Positions 10,237 through 20,382 of a stretch of 64,000 bases of DNA are shown here, piece after piece. The position numbers and the translations under genes are program-made. The DNA comes from a virus (lineage: Duplodnaviria; Caudoviricetes). The stretch lies in the IMG/VR virus record IMGVR_UViG_3300042508_000526, one strand, 5' to 3'. Under the pieces are notes generated by a model. It was not told the origin of the DNA. It saw only the letters and a list, made by a program, of their open reading frames with translations, and did no database searches. The stretch's first letter is position 1, and each line of letters opens with the position of its first letter.

Positions 10237-10620
10237 TTAGCGCAGCGTCGGGGTGTCGACCGTGACCGAAAACACGAGCGTCTTCGTGGCGGCCGGAGTA
10301 ATTTTCAAATACAAATAACGCTGCGGATTTGTCGGCGTGCCGTCTCGGTTTAAATACGATACGTCTAAGTCGTTTTTGAACGGCGTCGACTGATCAAACG
10401 ACAGCACTTTAAAAGTGTCTGCGGGTAATGTGCTATTTGGCGCCTTATCTTGCTTGCTCGAATACAGCGTCGCAGAGAAGTTGCCAGTAGCCCCGCCGGC
10501 AGCCTCAACAAGGCTATACCCGCGCAATACGGCGCGATGCGGCATCGGCACGGCAATTGTGTTAGCTTGCCCGCCAGTGGCTTCAAATGTAACGCTGCCA
10601 GACCAAACTGTACTTGGCAT
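10237..10620 (-). CDS. hypothetical beta-rich protein
   Basis: 127 aa ORF. Confidence 0.65.
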   Translation of the reverse strand: MPSTVWSGSVTFEATGGQANTIAVPMPHRAVLRGYSLVEAAGGATGNFSATLYSSKQDKAPNSTLPADTFKVLSFDQSTPFKNDLDVSYLNRDGTPTNPQRYLYLKITPAATKTLVFSVTVDTPTLR

Positions 10621-10629
10621 ATTTCACCT

Positions 10630-13008
10630 TTAGACGTTTGCAACAGCGCTAAGATCAACGTTTTGCGCCGCTTCTTCGGGATACGGTTCAACGGTTTTTT
10701 GCTTAAGGAACAGGATCACGTCGCCCAGCATTTCAAACGCGTTGCGCAGCGAATCCTCAAGCTCGGGCATGTCGGCTTTGCCGTAACGCTCAGCAAACCG
10801 ATCGCCGTGCCAGTAAAACATAAACAGGATACGGCCCAGCTTGTCGAGCCCCTTTGTCAGTTCGCCCATATACCGATCGACCAACGAGTCATCGCGGACG
10901 GCGCGCAGCATCGAACCGACCATGGCCGTGTCAAACACTTCACGCTGCCCGCTCTGCGCGGCGTCGATGACGGACCGCACATCCTTTTGGTCAAACATCG
11001 GGTTGGGGTTGTAAATCTGCCGATCCGTGTTGCTGGCGCTCATGCCAGATACCGGCAAGCCAACGTCGATGCCAAGCTGCGTCGGCACGCTTGTACCCAT
11101 GATGCTTTCGCCGCCCATAACGGCACCCGGATCAGACGGCGCGTTCGGCGCGCTGTTCACAAGCATCGGCCCGCCATACGGATCAGCGTACTTCACGCGG
11201 CACTCAAACTTACGTTTCGCGGAAGCCTGCTTTAAGATCTCGCGGGCAGCTTCTTCACGCAGACCGTGATGCTCAACAAGCGTAACGAGCGCTTTGATCG
11301 GGCTGACCGCCGCGGCTTTGTTAATCGTGACTTCGGTGCCGGTGTGGTACACCGTCAGCGACGCTGTCTTCTGGAACAACGCCAGTTGCGCGTCAACAAG
11401 ATTGCCGGGCTGCAGAGCCGGCGGATCACTCTCGCCGCAACCGCAGGCGCTTTGATCTTCGGCTGTTTCCTTGTCGTCTTCTCCGCGGCTGACGTTCAAC
11501 AGCTTAAAGCCTTCGGGGACAAAGATGTCGCCCATGCTCGCCCGCAGGCTGGAGCCCTTCTTGCCGTTTAAATGCAGACGGACACCGTCGCGCCACTTGT
11601 CGTAGTTTAACGGGTCGTTGTAGCAGCAGGGCGAAATCGTGCCTTTCGGCGGATACTTGGAGTGATCTTCTAGATGCACTTCGTAGCATGTATCGCCGTC
11701 GCCTTTGCCGTATTCTTTGATAACACGAAACGGCGCGGTTGTGTCACCGCGTCGGCTCAGCGCTACATAACGGCTCGACTTGTTCGGAACACTGTTGGCG
11801 TCGGGCAGGCCATCAAACCACTTGTCGAACTCTTCGCCTTCGATCCGCGATAGCGCAAAGACCTGATCGGCACGGGTGTTAAGCCAGTTACGCGCGCCCT
11901 CGACGCGAATAACGGTCACAAAGTTTTCGCGCTTTGCGGCACCCTGCGGATGAACGGCGACATAGCAGCGCTCAACTCCACCCGGCTTGACCAGAATCTC
12001 GTACAGCCCGCTCTCGGTCGGGTTAAACAGTTTCTTTTCGACTTGGATATGATACGGTACCGATACGTTATCACGATCACGCTGGTCGAGAATCAGTACG
12101 CCGTCGCGCAGCAGCTTTTCTTGATCTTCTTCCGTATGGCCAGCCGGCAGCTTGGTCTGCACTGTGGCGTCATACGTGATAACTTTCAGTCCCGTTGCCG
12201 ATTCGGGCTTTTCGGGTGCTTCTGAAAGTACGCTCGCTACTTTCGGCTGATTTTCGCGCGCCTTGGCCGACGCGATAGCTTGCTTAATAACATCTAGCCC
12301 GTGGAACTCGTCGATAGCCGCGGCAATTTGCGGCGCATGCTTGCAGGTGTTAACAAGCGTGCTGATCATTTGCAGACCAGCTTCTTTGAGCAAAAACGTT
12401 TTTAGATTCAGCGCGTCGCCAATTTCTTTAAACGTCTGTTCGGTGTTCAGGGTTGCCGACTTCGCAAACGCACCGATGGCGGCGGCCATCATCTCTTTGA
12501 GCGTCGGCTGCGCCGATCCAAACTTTGCCGGGCTCCGCGACAGCTGCGTAAAGTCTGGCTGGCGCTGACCAAGCCGCGACAACGACCGGTCGACGCCGCT
12601 ACCGAGAATGTTCGGCTTGCGGTTGATTAGATAATTAATCCAGTTTTCCTTGAGCGGCACGAACATGTCCTGATTCTTGATGTACAGGAGTTCGTGGCCC
12701 TTGAGGTCGCCATTGAGGAAGAATACCGGCGCATACAGCCAGTTAGAGCCGACCTTAAACGCAAAGACGCCAACGGCCTTTGTGTTTTCTTTGTTGCGGT
12801 CGAGAAGCTGGAAACCGATTTCGTGGTCGAGCAGTTTGGGCGCTGAGTCGCGCAGATAGGCGTGCGCCAAGTTGCTAAACGACTGCTCAAAGGACGTGTC
12901 GTCGCCTTTTCCGCCGAGATCAGCATATTTGGTTTGCGTGCGATCGTACGACCGCATTACGTTTAACCAATGCTTTACAGACGACTCTTTAGCTTTTTTG
13001 TTGTACAC
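10630..13008 (-). CDS. large virion structural/internal protein
   Basis: ~790 aa; GTG start after GGAGG; many K-x-A/S motifs (AKSAT, PKVAS, QKTAS, LKQAS); conserved-looking helical C-terminus. Confidence 0.65.
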   Translation of the reverse strand: MYNKKAKESSVKHWLNVMRSYDRTQTKYADLGGKGDDTSFEQSFSNLAHAYLRDSAPKLLDHEIGFQLLDRNKENTKAVGVFAFKVGSNWLYAPVFFLNGDLKGHELLYIKNQDMFVPLKENWINYLINRKPNILGSGVDRSLSRLGQRQPDFTQLSRSPAKFGSAQPTLKEMMAAAIGAFAKSATLNTEQTFKEIGDALNLKTFLLKEAGLQMISTLVNTCKHAPQIAAAIDEFHGLDVIKQAIASAKARENQPKVASVLSEAPEKPESATGLKVITYDATVQTKLPAGHTEEDQEKLLRDGVLILDQRDRDNVSVPYHIQVEKKLFNPTESGLYEILVKPGGVERCYVAVHPQGAAKRENFVTVIRVEGARNWLNTRADQVFALSRIEGEEFDKWFDGLPDANSVPNKSSRYVALSRRGDTTAPFRVIKEYGKGDGDTCYEVHLEDHSKYPPKGTISPCCYNDPLNYDKWRDGVRLHLNGKKGSSLRASMGDIFVPEGFKLLNVSRGEDDKETAEDQSACGCGESDPPALQPGNLVDAQLALFQKTASLTVYHTGTEVTINKAAAVSPIKALVTLVEHHGLREEAAREILKQASAKRKFECRVKYADPYGGPMLVNSAPNAPSDPGAVMGGESIMGTSVPTQLGIDVGLPVSGMSASNTDRQIYNPNPMFDQKDVRSVIDAAQSGQREVFDTAMVGSMLRAVRDDSLVDRYMGELTKGLDKLGRILFMFYWHGDRFAERYGKADMPELEDSLRNAFEMLGDVILFLKQKTVEPYPEEAAQNVDLSAVANV

Positions 13009-13088
13009 GGCCAGCCTCCATGCGGCACACAATTAACAAACCGCTGTAATTTACCGACTTGCGGTCCCTATATCGTACAAAAACTAGC

Positions 13089-14969
13089 TCAGGGCTTCCA
13101 CCCGCTAGTTGTACCCGTCACGCCAAACTGCTCGCCTTGGGCTAAAGACGGCACATAACTGCTGCCGGCTGTATCGCTACTTAACCCCCGGTGAACGCTA
13201 TTCATAAGCCCCTTTTCCTGATATGAGCCCAGCATTCGGGTCATCCAGTCAGGGTCGTTCGAAATGTTTGCCATGCCGCGCACCATTTCGGGTTGGAACG
13301 GCGGCGGCTCTTTGTGGGCTTGTATGTTTTTAATTCCGTACTTATTCAGGTTGTTCAATACCCCGCGCCCGATTTTTGTGCCGATCGAGTAGTGCAGCAC
13401 CGGTTTTTCGAGGTAATGGCCTGTTAGCGTTTGCGGGGCGCCAGCCACACTACCTTCACGCGGCGTCCAGTTTCTCTCCAACATCGCGTACGGCACAATG
13501 TCGTCCGGCGCATAATTCCCGTACTCGTCTGTGAGGCGCACGTGATTTACAAGTCCGCGGGATAGCAGCTCAATATTGCGGCGATGCGCTCCGATGCCGC
13601 TATTACCCATAACTTGGCGCATAGCTTGCACAAAATAGCGCCGCCCTTCGCCGATACCCTTGTGCTTTACGATTTCCGACGGATTCGGCATTCCGTCAGA
13701 TAGAACGTCGCCAGCCTCCAGATCATCACCCTTTTTGATCGCCAACGATCTTTCCGTCGGCACATAATGATCTTGGCCGTTAATTTGCACGTAGTATCCG
13801 CCCTGCGGAGCCGGCCTGATTTCTTGCACGCGGCCATCAGTTTGGGCGTGTGCGGCGCCGTCCGGGTATTTCTTCGGGACCTGTACAAGGGCGTTGAGCG
13901 CTTTAAAACCCGAGATTGCGCCAGCGCCTCCGACGCCGCCAGAGTGTTTCGAGCTAATCTGGCTCTGTGTGACAGGTTCAGACAGCGCTTGGGCCGCAGC
14001 GATACCCACATAATCTCCAGCCGGCGGTAAACGGCCTTTTTCTCTAAAACCGACATCGCGCGCGTATACGCCGCCATCAGCCGGGCCTCCTACGATTGGG
14101 CTACGCACAAGAATATCTTTTGTGCCCATCTCTTTGATGTCGCGCAGGATCTTGGGCGTTAATACGGTGTTGCGCTTGTACGGCCCGACAGGACGCGCAA
14201 GTAACGCGCCTTCGTTGTCCGGGTCGTCAACATCGGTCGGATAACCACGCTCTAGCGCATCAGCTTTTCGGTCTTCATCATCGTCGTCATCGTCGTCGGC
14301 CGTGACCAGCAAACGATGCGTCATCTGCGCGAGCTGTTTACCGTAGAAACCAGCGTCCGCAGTCGCCGTCTTAAGATCGATAACACCTTTGCGCGTGCCG
14401 AAAGCGCCGGCAAAATACTCGACAGGTCGTAGCCCCTGCCCGTAGCCGCGAAGAACGGGAATTGGAATTGGATCGCCGCGGTGATCCAGATACTGCATGT
14501 CTGCGCCGATCAGCGAATTCAATTGATATTTATTGCCAACGCCAGAGCCAGTGATTTGATGCACAAGCGGATTGTCTTGCGACTCGGCTTCTTTGTACAC
14601 CTTGTCGAGTAGTTCCGACTGCGTGTTAGCGGCTAATTCCAGCAGTTTTACTTGCTTTTCTTTGTCGCCCAATTTCTTGTTCGACAAGATTTCTTGCATT
14701 GCGTGCTGCGTGCGGATCTGCGCCGCTTTAACGGCCAATGTCGGCCGAATGTGCTTCAGGCTAAACGACAGCCCTGCGCTAGAATATCCCGCGTCCTTGC
14801 CGACGTCGTGCAGCCGCTTCATTACATCCCGGTACTTGTCGGGATGCTTTTGTGCTAGCTCAGTGGCTAGCGCGCCCATGCTTTTCTTGGTTAATACCCG
14901 ATCGTAATCCCGCATTTCTGGCGGGAGCGCGTCGTTAATCAGGATTTGACCAAGCGTTGTTTTAAGCAT
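13089..14969 (-). CDS. rpoC: DNA-directed RNA polymerase beta' subunit, C-terminal part
   Basis: LKTTLGQ; GYGQGLRPVEYFAGAFGTRKGVIDLKTATADAGFYGKQL (bridge helix); GIAAAQALSEPVTQSQISSKHSGG (trigger loop); RRNIELLSRG. Confidence 0.9.
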   Translation of the reverse strand: MLKTTLGQILINDALPPEMRDYDRVLTKKSMGALATELAQKHPDKYRDVMKRLHDVGKDAGYSSAGLSFSLKHIRPTLAVKAAQIRTQHAMQEILSNKKLGDKEKQVKLLELAANTQSELLDKVYKEAESQDNPLVHQITGSGVGNKYQLNSLIGADMQYLDHRGDPIPIPVLRGYGQGLRPVEYFAGAFGTRKGVIDLKTATADAGFYGKQLAQMTHRLLVTADDDDDDDEDRKADALERGYPTDVDDPDNEGALLARPVGPYKRNTVLTPKILRDIKEMGTKDILVRSPIVGGPADGGVYARDVGFREKGRLPPAGDYVGIAAAQALSEPVTQSQISSKHSGGVGGAGAISGFKALNALVQVPKKYPDGAAHAQTDGRVQEIRPAPQGGYYVQINGQDHYVPTERSLAIKKGDDLEAGDVLSDGMPNPSEIVKHKGIGEGRRYFVQAMRQVMGNSGIGAHRRNIELLSRGLVNHVRLTDEYGNYAPDDIVPYAMLERNWTPREGSVAGAPQTLTGHYLEKPVLHYSIGTKIGRGVLNNLNKYGIKNIQAHKEPPPFQPEMVRGMANISNDPDWMTRMLGSYQEKGLMNSVHRGLSSDTAGSSYVPSLAQGEQFGVTGTTSGWKP

Positions 14970-14970
14970 G

Positions 14971-15210
14971 TTACTTTGGCCAGATAATTTGCTGCATTGG
15001 CTTTGGCTTGAAATCAGATACGACAACCGTTTTTTCGATGCCAAGCGCCCGCAACATCGAATGGAAATCTGGCTCACCCGGCGTGGAATACACGATCGCT
15101 TCGTCTACTTGAATAGCGACGAAGATCGGATTGCCCAGATCGTCTTCAACTACAACACTGTGCGCTTTCTGCTCAGTAGGTTGTAATTTGTGCTGCGTTT
15201 TAACGAGCAT
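14971..15210 (-). CDS. small hypothetical protein between RNAP genes
   Basis: 79 aa ORF coupled to flanking genes. Confidence 0.6.
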   Translation of the reverse strand: MLVKTQHKLQPTEQKAHSVVVEDDLGNPIFVAIQVDEAIVYSTPGEPDFHSMLRALGIEKTVVVSDFKPKPMQQIIWPK

Positions 15211-15928
15211 TGCCGTTGAGACTCCGAACCATTGCAGCTATAGCGTTTGCTTTAATCTGCATGTCGGTCGGCTCATCGGGATTTTGCCGGTCAACGGGAT
15301 GCCCGATATACGACGCCGACTTTGTTTCAGTCTGCTGCCACCACGCAGCCTTCGCGTTGGGATCGGGTTGTGGCGCATTGGGCGGAAGCGGACCGCCGGG
15401 AGGAAGCGGACCACCGGGCGGCTGCATACCGCCGCCTTGTGCGTTCGGGTCTTGCGGCGGCGGTGCCATCGGTCCGCCGGGCAGCGCTGTCTCAGCCGGC
15501 GGGGCACCTGTCGTTCCCGGGGGCAGCACAAGTGACTCCGGCGGAACTTGAACACCCATCGCGTTCATAATCGCGGTGAGCTGCTGCTGCATGTTGTAAA
15601 GCCGGTAGTCGAGCATCTGCATCATTTGCTCGGGCTTGAGTTTCTGCTGAGTGGCTGGAGCCATCCCCGGTGCCGCCGGGGCGGCAGGCGCAGCTGGCAT
15701 CGCGGGAGGAGCGGCACCCATCGCAGCCGGATCTACCGGCGCGGCACCACCAGCCATCATGGCCGGATCGGCAGGGGGCGCAGCTGCGGCTGCCGCGGGA
15801 TCAGCCGCCGGATCTACCGGCGGTGCACCACCTGCGGCGGCCGGATCAACGGCGGCACCGGGGACGAAAGCGGCTTTTTCAAATCGCGCTTTTGCAAGCG
15901 CAATTAATTCTGGATTGACTGTAAACAT
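15200..15928 (-). CDS. Pro/Ala/Gly-rich hypothetical protein between RNAP genes
   Basis: start MFTVNPE after GGAGG; EKAAF motif; low-complexity arms around a short helix (QMMQMLDYRLYNMQQQL). Confidence 0.65.
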   Translation of the reverse strand: MFTVNPELIALAKARFEKAAFVPGAAVDPAAAGGAPPVDPAADPAAAAAAPPADPAMMAGGAAPVDPAAMGAAPPAMPAAPAAPAAPGMAPATQQKLKPEQMMQMLDYRLYNMQQQLTAIMNAMGVQVPPESLVLPPGTTGAPPAETALPGGPMAPPPQDPNAQGGGMQPPGGPLPPGGPLPPNAPQPDPNAKAAWWQQTETKSASYIGHPVDRQNPDEPTDMQIKANAIAAMVRSLNGNAR

Positions 15929-15950
15929 GTGACCTCCGTGTGCGCCAAAG

Positions 15951-18900
15951 TTACTTATTATCTTCCACAATATGAACCGGGGTGTCTACCTCTATTTCGC
16001 CGCGCCGATACGCCAGCACGGCGTCTTGCCGGTTTCTAAACACGCGCGGCTTGGCTTTGTTATTGATGCGGCTAGACGCCACGTATAAGCCAGTTTGATA
16101 GTCTTTATTGGGCACGTAGTGCGCCCGGAAGCTCGACGCCGCGAACAGATTTTTACTCGGCAGCATCTTGTCGACAGCTTCTTTTGCTGCATCTTCAGTC
16201 GACGGCACGTGATACTGCATAGCGTCGCCGTCAAAGTCGGCGCCGAATCCCTTTGTGATAACGGGGTTTACTTCCATGACCTTGTTCTTTGTTAGCCGCG
16301 GGTAGAACGCCATCATTCCATAGCGATGCAGAACCGGCGCGCGATTGATGATAATTGGCCGGGAATTCATTTGCTTGTCTAGCTCGGCCGCTGCTTCTTT
16401 GTTCTTTTTCTCAACCGCTTCCAATGCTTGCATGCGCGGTAACCCACGGCGCACTAGCCCGCGCACCACAAACGGCTTGTAGATATCCCACGCCTTTTCT
16501 TCGGGCAAGGCCACCTGATCCATGTCTAGATCGGGGTTTGGCGTAATTACCGCGCGGCCGACGAGGTCGACCGTCGAGCTTAATAATTTGCGCTGCACAG
16601 TGCCGTACTTTGGTGACGCCCCAAAAATGTGGCGTAAAAACCCTTTTACGTTTCGTTCAGCGTTTTTGGGCTGCTGCGGTTCGCCTAGGCCAGTCACGCC
16701 CTTCATTGCGTCGTACACACTGAGTCGCTCGTCGCCGTACTCAGCTAGTGCGCCGGACGTATCTTTCAGCGTGTTGTTGGCGTCCAGCAACTCCTTGTAT
16801 AAGTAATTTGCGTCAGCTACGAGCGGCAGCTTTTTGCTGCCCATCGTACTAACGGGCCGAAACAGAGGCGGCAGCACCGGCACGCGTGTTAGCATCCAGT
16901 CTTTTGGATGCACGCCGGTAGACTCCGCACTCTTTAAAAAGCCAAGCCGTCGTACCGCTGCGTCGCGTAACGTTTTTCGGCCGGATTTGATATCTTCGCG
17001 CGCCTGTTCAATGGCCTTTGGCAAATTGATTTTGGCTAGCGCGTCTGCAATCGCTTTTGGGCCGGTTTGGTCGCCAAGCTGGTCCGTACCCGCTAACACG
17101 CCGCGAAATTTTTTCTCCGTCAAGCCCAGCACGCGGCGGATCGGATCTTCCATCACCGGATTCGGCATGGGCTCGTGTAATGTTATTTTTGACCATCGGT
17201 TACCGCCGTGGCCGCCAGTAAGTGACTCGTCGAACAGGCCGCCCTTGATCGGCTTAAGCCTGCCCTTCCAGTCAACCGTCTCGGCGTTTTCGATTTCACG
17301 TGCGCCGGCTAATCCGTCGACGTCTTTGTCTGTAAGCGCCATAACGTTTGTGCGTGTACCGCTGCGCACAACGTTAATGCCAGACGCCTTCAGCTGCCCG
17401 ACAAACTTTTCGTATACGTGTGGGACGCGCGGAAGCGGCGGCGTGTAACCGGCCATGAACTGCGACCAGTACTCTGGATTAGCTTGGCCGCGCACCATCT
17501 TGGCGTCACGAATTACTTTGCCAGCGCCGTGCGACAGCAAGGCGCCAAGATCCAACATGCCAACCCGCTTAGCGCCTTCTGATCCACCCTTCGCCGGAGT
17601 GCCTTCCGCGGTGTATGCGCCCGTTGCACGCCCCTGCGCTTTGGACTCGCTGGTGTGATGCAGTTTCATAAAAAAGCGCGAGCCGGTAAGCACACCCGGA
17701 ATCTTTCGACCTGTCTCCGGGTCGGTTAAGTCTTCTGTATCAGATAACCCGTTCCTGTCTAATTCTTTCTGCGCAAACTCGACAAGATCTTTCTGGTCAT
17801 CGAAGTCTTTGATCTTAAACGGCTTGCCAGTCTTTGCGGCAACTTTGCCCAACGCCGCCTCAATAACCTGCGCCGGATTAACACGCGAAATTAAACCTAG
17901 CGGGCTAACCAGCACCTCGAACGGATTGCCGTCTTTGTCTTGCGGCATCTGGTCATCGGGGATGATGTCTGCCACAACGCCTTTATCGCCAAAGCGGCCT
18001 GTAAGCTTGTCGCCAACGTCCATCGCGGCTTGGTTTTTAACAACGACGCTCACGCCCTTTTTTGTGTGCACAACGTCCGTAACGACTCCGGGCGCATGGT
18101 GTTCCCACGTCACCGTCTCGTTGGTGAAGCTGCCCGCGCGGCCGCGATGCACTTTGCCGTAAACCGTGTCTTTTTTCTTAGCTACCAGCACCAGCGGATC
18201 GCCAAAGTTAACTGTGGTGCCCTTTTTAATTGCGCCCTGATCGTCAAAGTTGTCCAGCATCTTGCGCTCGTATTCGCGGGGGAAAAGACTCACGAACGCC
18301 TTTTTGCCAACGTGAGTGTTATCGTCCCATTCCGCTTCGTGCTGGTACATGTGCTCTGACGTAAGCCGCTTGGCCGCAGACTCGGAGATCACTACGGCGT
18401 CTTCGTAGTTTTTGCCGCGAAAGGGCAGATAAGCTACGCGCATGTTCAGACCCAGCGCGGCGCTCCCTTGATCGTCCGTAAAGTTCGACTTGGCAAGCAG
18501 CTGTCCCGGCTTTACGTAATCGCCCGGTTTAACCAGCGGCGTTTGATGTAAAAACGTTTTTCGGTTGTACGGCATCTCGTTGTACAGCTCGATCGTTTTC
18601 TTTTCGCCGTTCTTGTCGCGCAGCACGATCGCATCTGGCGTAACGTCGACAACCTGCCCGGCTTCAGCCGCTCTCGCCGCGCCAAGCTTTTCGCCCATCT
18701 CGTCTTCGTGCGATACGTTTTCATCGTCAAACTTGGCCGACTGCACAAGCGGCGTTTGGGCGCCAACGAGCGGAAGCGCCTGCGTAAACATGCGACTACC
18801 CATGATCACGCGCTGCCCTTTAACCATGGCTTTCATCGGCACCATGTTTGTGAGCGCAGAAAACGTCGAATCCATGTTTGACAGGCTGTACTGCGCATCT

Positions 18901-20378
18901 TTGCGGTCGACGTACTTCATCTTGCCGTTTACAAGCGCAGCCACTACCGGCATTTTGTTATTTGTCTCGCCCGGGAACACGAGCGGCGTATCCGCTAGTT
19001 CCTGCGGCGTCTTGTATTCCGTCTCACCTGTTTTCATGTTGATCACAGGCGTGTACACCTTCCCATCGGCGCCCTTCATAGCGCCCCGCGCAAACCGCAT
19101 ATCAACGCCAACTTTGCCGGACTCAGGCGTGCGCAGATAGTCGATAAAGCCCAGATGGCTGGGCTGCACACTGCGCGACTCTGCCGGCACGGCGTCGAGT
19201 GACGCGATGCCGCCTTCGCCCATTCGCGTAACGCGTGTTTGGTGGTCAAAAATTTCGGCGGGGTTGATCTCTTCAAGACTCGATCCAAGACCAGACCCGA
19301 TCAGCGCAGCAGAAATCGCTTTATCGAAGACGCCGCTCGGAATGTGATCAATCGACTTCTTCGCCGTGGCTTTCCACAGCAACTTGTTTAAACCCTGCCG
19401 ATCTTTGGTGAAGCGCTCAGAGATGAGATCCTCTGGCCCGACGACAGATTGAAACACCATGTTGTCGCGGTCGTCACTCTCGGCTTCGCGTCGGTTAACA
19501 GCTAGCAGCTTTTTTGTAATTGCCAGAATGGTGTCTGGCGTCATGTTTTTGTATTCGCTACCTAGCGTGCGGCGTGTGACTTCAGGATCAAGCTCTGTTT
19601 TGGCAAACTCTTCAAGCAACGCCTTGGCTTTGATCGTGGCGTCTGCTCCGGCGACTGGTTTATTCACAAAGCGACTGTACAGCTTGTCGAGCGTACCGGC
19701 GTCGCCTTTTTCCATATTGACGGCCGTTATCTCGTTGCCCCACGCCTCGCGGATCTGGCTGTCCGTAACGCCCATGGTTTTCAGCAGCGGCATTAGCGGA
19801 ATCTGCGCCTGTCCGACGCTGATTTTAAACACGCCCGTTTTCGGATCTAAAAAGTAACGGTGCGAGCGGCCTTTGCCCGGCAGTGTGTTTACGTGCGCTT
19901 CGATTTCGCCGTTGTCTTTTTCGCGGGTGAAGACGCCGGACTTAAGCCGCATCTGATGCGCCAGCGTGTACTCGACACCGCCGTTGACGAACGTGCCAGC
20001 ATCTGTCAGATAAGGCACATGCGCGATAGTTGCACGCTTCTGCCCAAGCGGCTGTCCGGTTTTGTTATCAACTAGCGCCCACGTACCCTGTAAACGACGC
20101 GACAGCGAGCCGCGCGAGAGCACTGCCTTTTTTTGGTCGGCCCGCGTAAATCGTTCGGGCCCCGTGTAGCCGACGTCTTGCAGCTGCAGCGTATACAAAT
20201 CGTTTTGCAGCGGGCGCAAACCCTGCGCGCTTGTCAGCGCCTGATTGAAGATGTTGTCGCGCATCGAGCCGATGTCGCCAAACGTCCGCATTGGTGGCGG
20301 CGTTGTCGGCGGCGCTGTCGGCACCGCGGGCGGCTGGCTGCTGAACTGCTTCAGCGGCGGCAATTCAGGCGCTGGCAT
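15951..20378 (-). CDS. rpoB: DNA-directed RNA polymerase beta subunit fused to beta' N-terminal half (catalytic DFDGD)
   Basis: beta motifs GTFVNGG, RTPESGKVG, GKNYEDAVVIS, GDKLTGRFGDKGVV, KLHH; then beta' motifs GLFD, VPVLPPLFRP, NRAPVLHR, GADFDGD. Confidence 0.92.
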   Translation of the reverse strand: MPAPELPPLKQFSSQPPAVPTAPPTTPPPMRTFGDIGSMRDNIFNQALTSAQGLRPLQNDLYTLQLQDVGYTGPERFTRADQKKAVLSRGSLSRRLQGTWALVDNKTGQPLGQKRATIAHVPYLTDAGTFVNGGVEYTLAHQMRLKSGVFTREKDNGEIEAHVNTLPGKGRSHRYFLDPKTGVFKISVGQAQIPLMPLLKTMGVTDSQIREAWGNEITAVNMEKGDAGTLDKLYSRFVNKPVAGADATIKAKALLEEFAKTELDPEVTRRTLGSEYKNMTPDTILAITKKLLAVNRREAESDDRDNMVFQSVVGPEDLISERFTKDRQGLNKLLWKATAKKSIDHIPSGVFDKAISAALIGSGLGSSLEEINPAEIFDHQTRVTRMGEGGIASLDAVPAESRSVQPSHLGFIDYLRTPESGKVGVDMRFARGAMKGADGKVYTPVINMKTGETEYKTPQELADTPLVFPGETNNKMPVVAALVNGKMKYVDRKDAQYSLSNMDSTFSALTNMVPMKAMVKGQRVIMGSRMFTQALPLVGAQTPLVQSAKFDDENVSHEDEMGEKLGAARAAEAGQVVDVTPDAIVLRDKNGEKKTIELYNEMPYNRKTFLHQTPLVKPGDYVKPGQLLAKSNFTDDQGSAALGLNMRVAYLPFRGKNYEDAVVISESAAKRLTSEHMYQHEAEWDDNTHVGKKAFVSLFPREYERKMLDNFDDQGAIKKGTTVNFGDPLVLVAKKKDTVYGKVHRGRAGSFTNETVTWEHHAPGVVTDVVHTKKGVSVVVKNQAAMDVGDKLTGRFGDKGVVADIIPDDQMPQDKDGNPFEVLVSPLGLISRVNPAQVIEAALGKVAAKTGKPFKIKDFDDQKDLVEFAQKELDRNGLSDTEDLTDPETGRKIPGVLTGSRFFMKLHHTSESKAQGRATGAYTAEGTPAKGGSEGAKRVGMLDLGALLSHGAGKVIRDAKMVRGQANPEYWSQFMAGYTPPLPRVPHVYEKFVGQLKASGINVVRSGTRTNVMALTDKDVDGLAGAREIENAETVDWKGRLKPIKGGLFDESLTGGHGGNRWSKITLHEPMPNPVMEDPIRRVLGLTEKKFRGVLAGTDQLGDQTGPKAIADALAKINLPKAIEQAREDIKSGRKTLRDAAVRRLGFLKSAESTGVHPKDWMLTRVPVLPPLFRPVSTMGSKKLPLVADANYLYKELLDANNTLKDTSGALAEYGDERLSVYDAMKGVTGLGEPQQPKNAERNVKGFLRHIFGASPKYGTVQRKLLSSTVDLVGRAVITPNPDLDMDQVALPEEKAWDIYKPFVVRGLVRRGLPRMQALEAVEKKNKEAAAELDKQMNSRPIIINRAPVLHRYGMMAFYPRLTKNKVMEVNPVITKGFGADFDGDAMQYHVPSTEDAAKEAVDKMLPSKNLFAASSFRAHYVPNKDYQTGLYVASSRINNKAKPRVFRNRQDAVLAYRRGEIEVDTPVHIVEDNK

Positions 20379-20382
20379 ATAA

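Noticed and set aside
10630-13008. Calling the 790-aa protein the portal
   Set aside because: No portal motif recognisable by eye; left as a virion protein pending HHpred/Foldseek
13089-20378. Inteins or introns in the RNAP genes
   Set aside because: Motif spacing is compact relative to bacterial subunits; no C...HN intein ends or LAGLIDADG motifs seen
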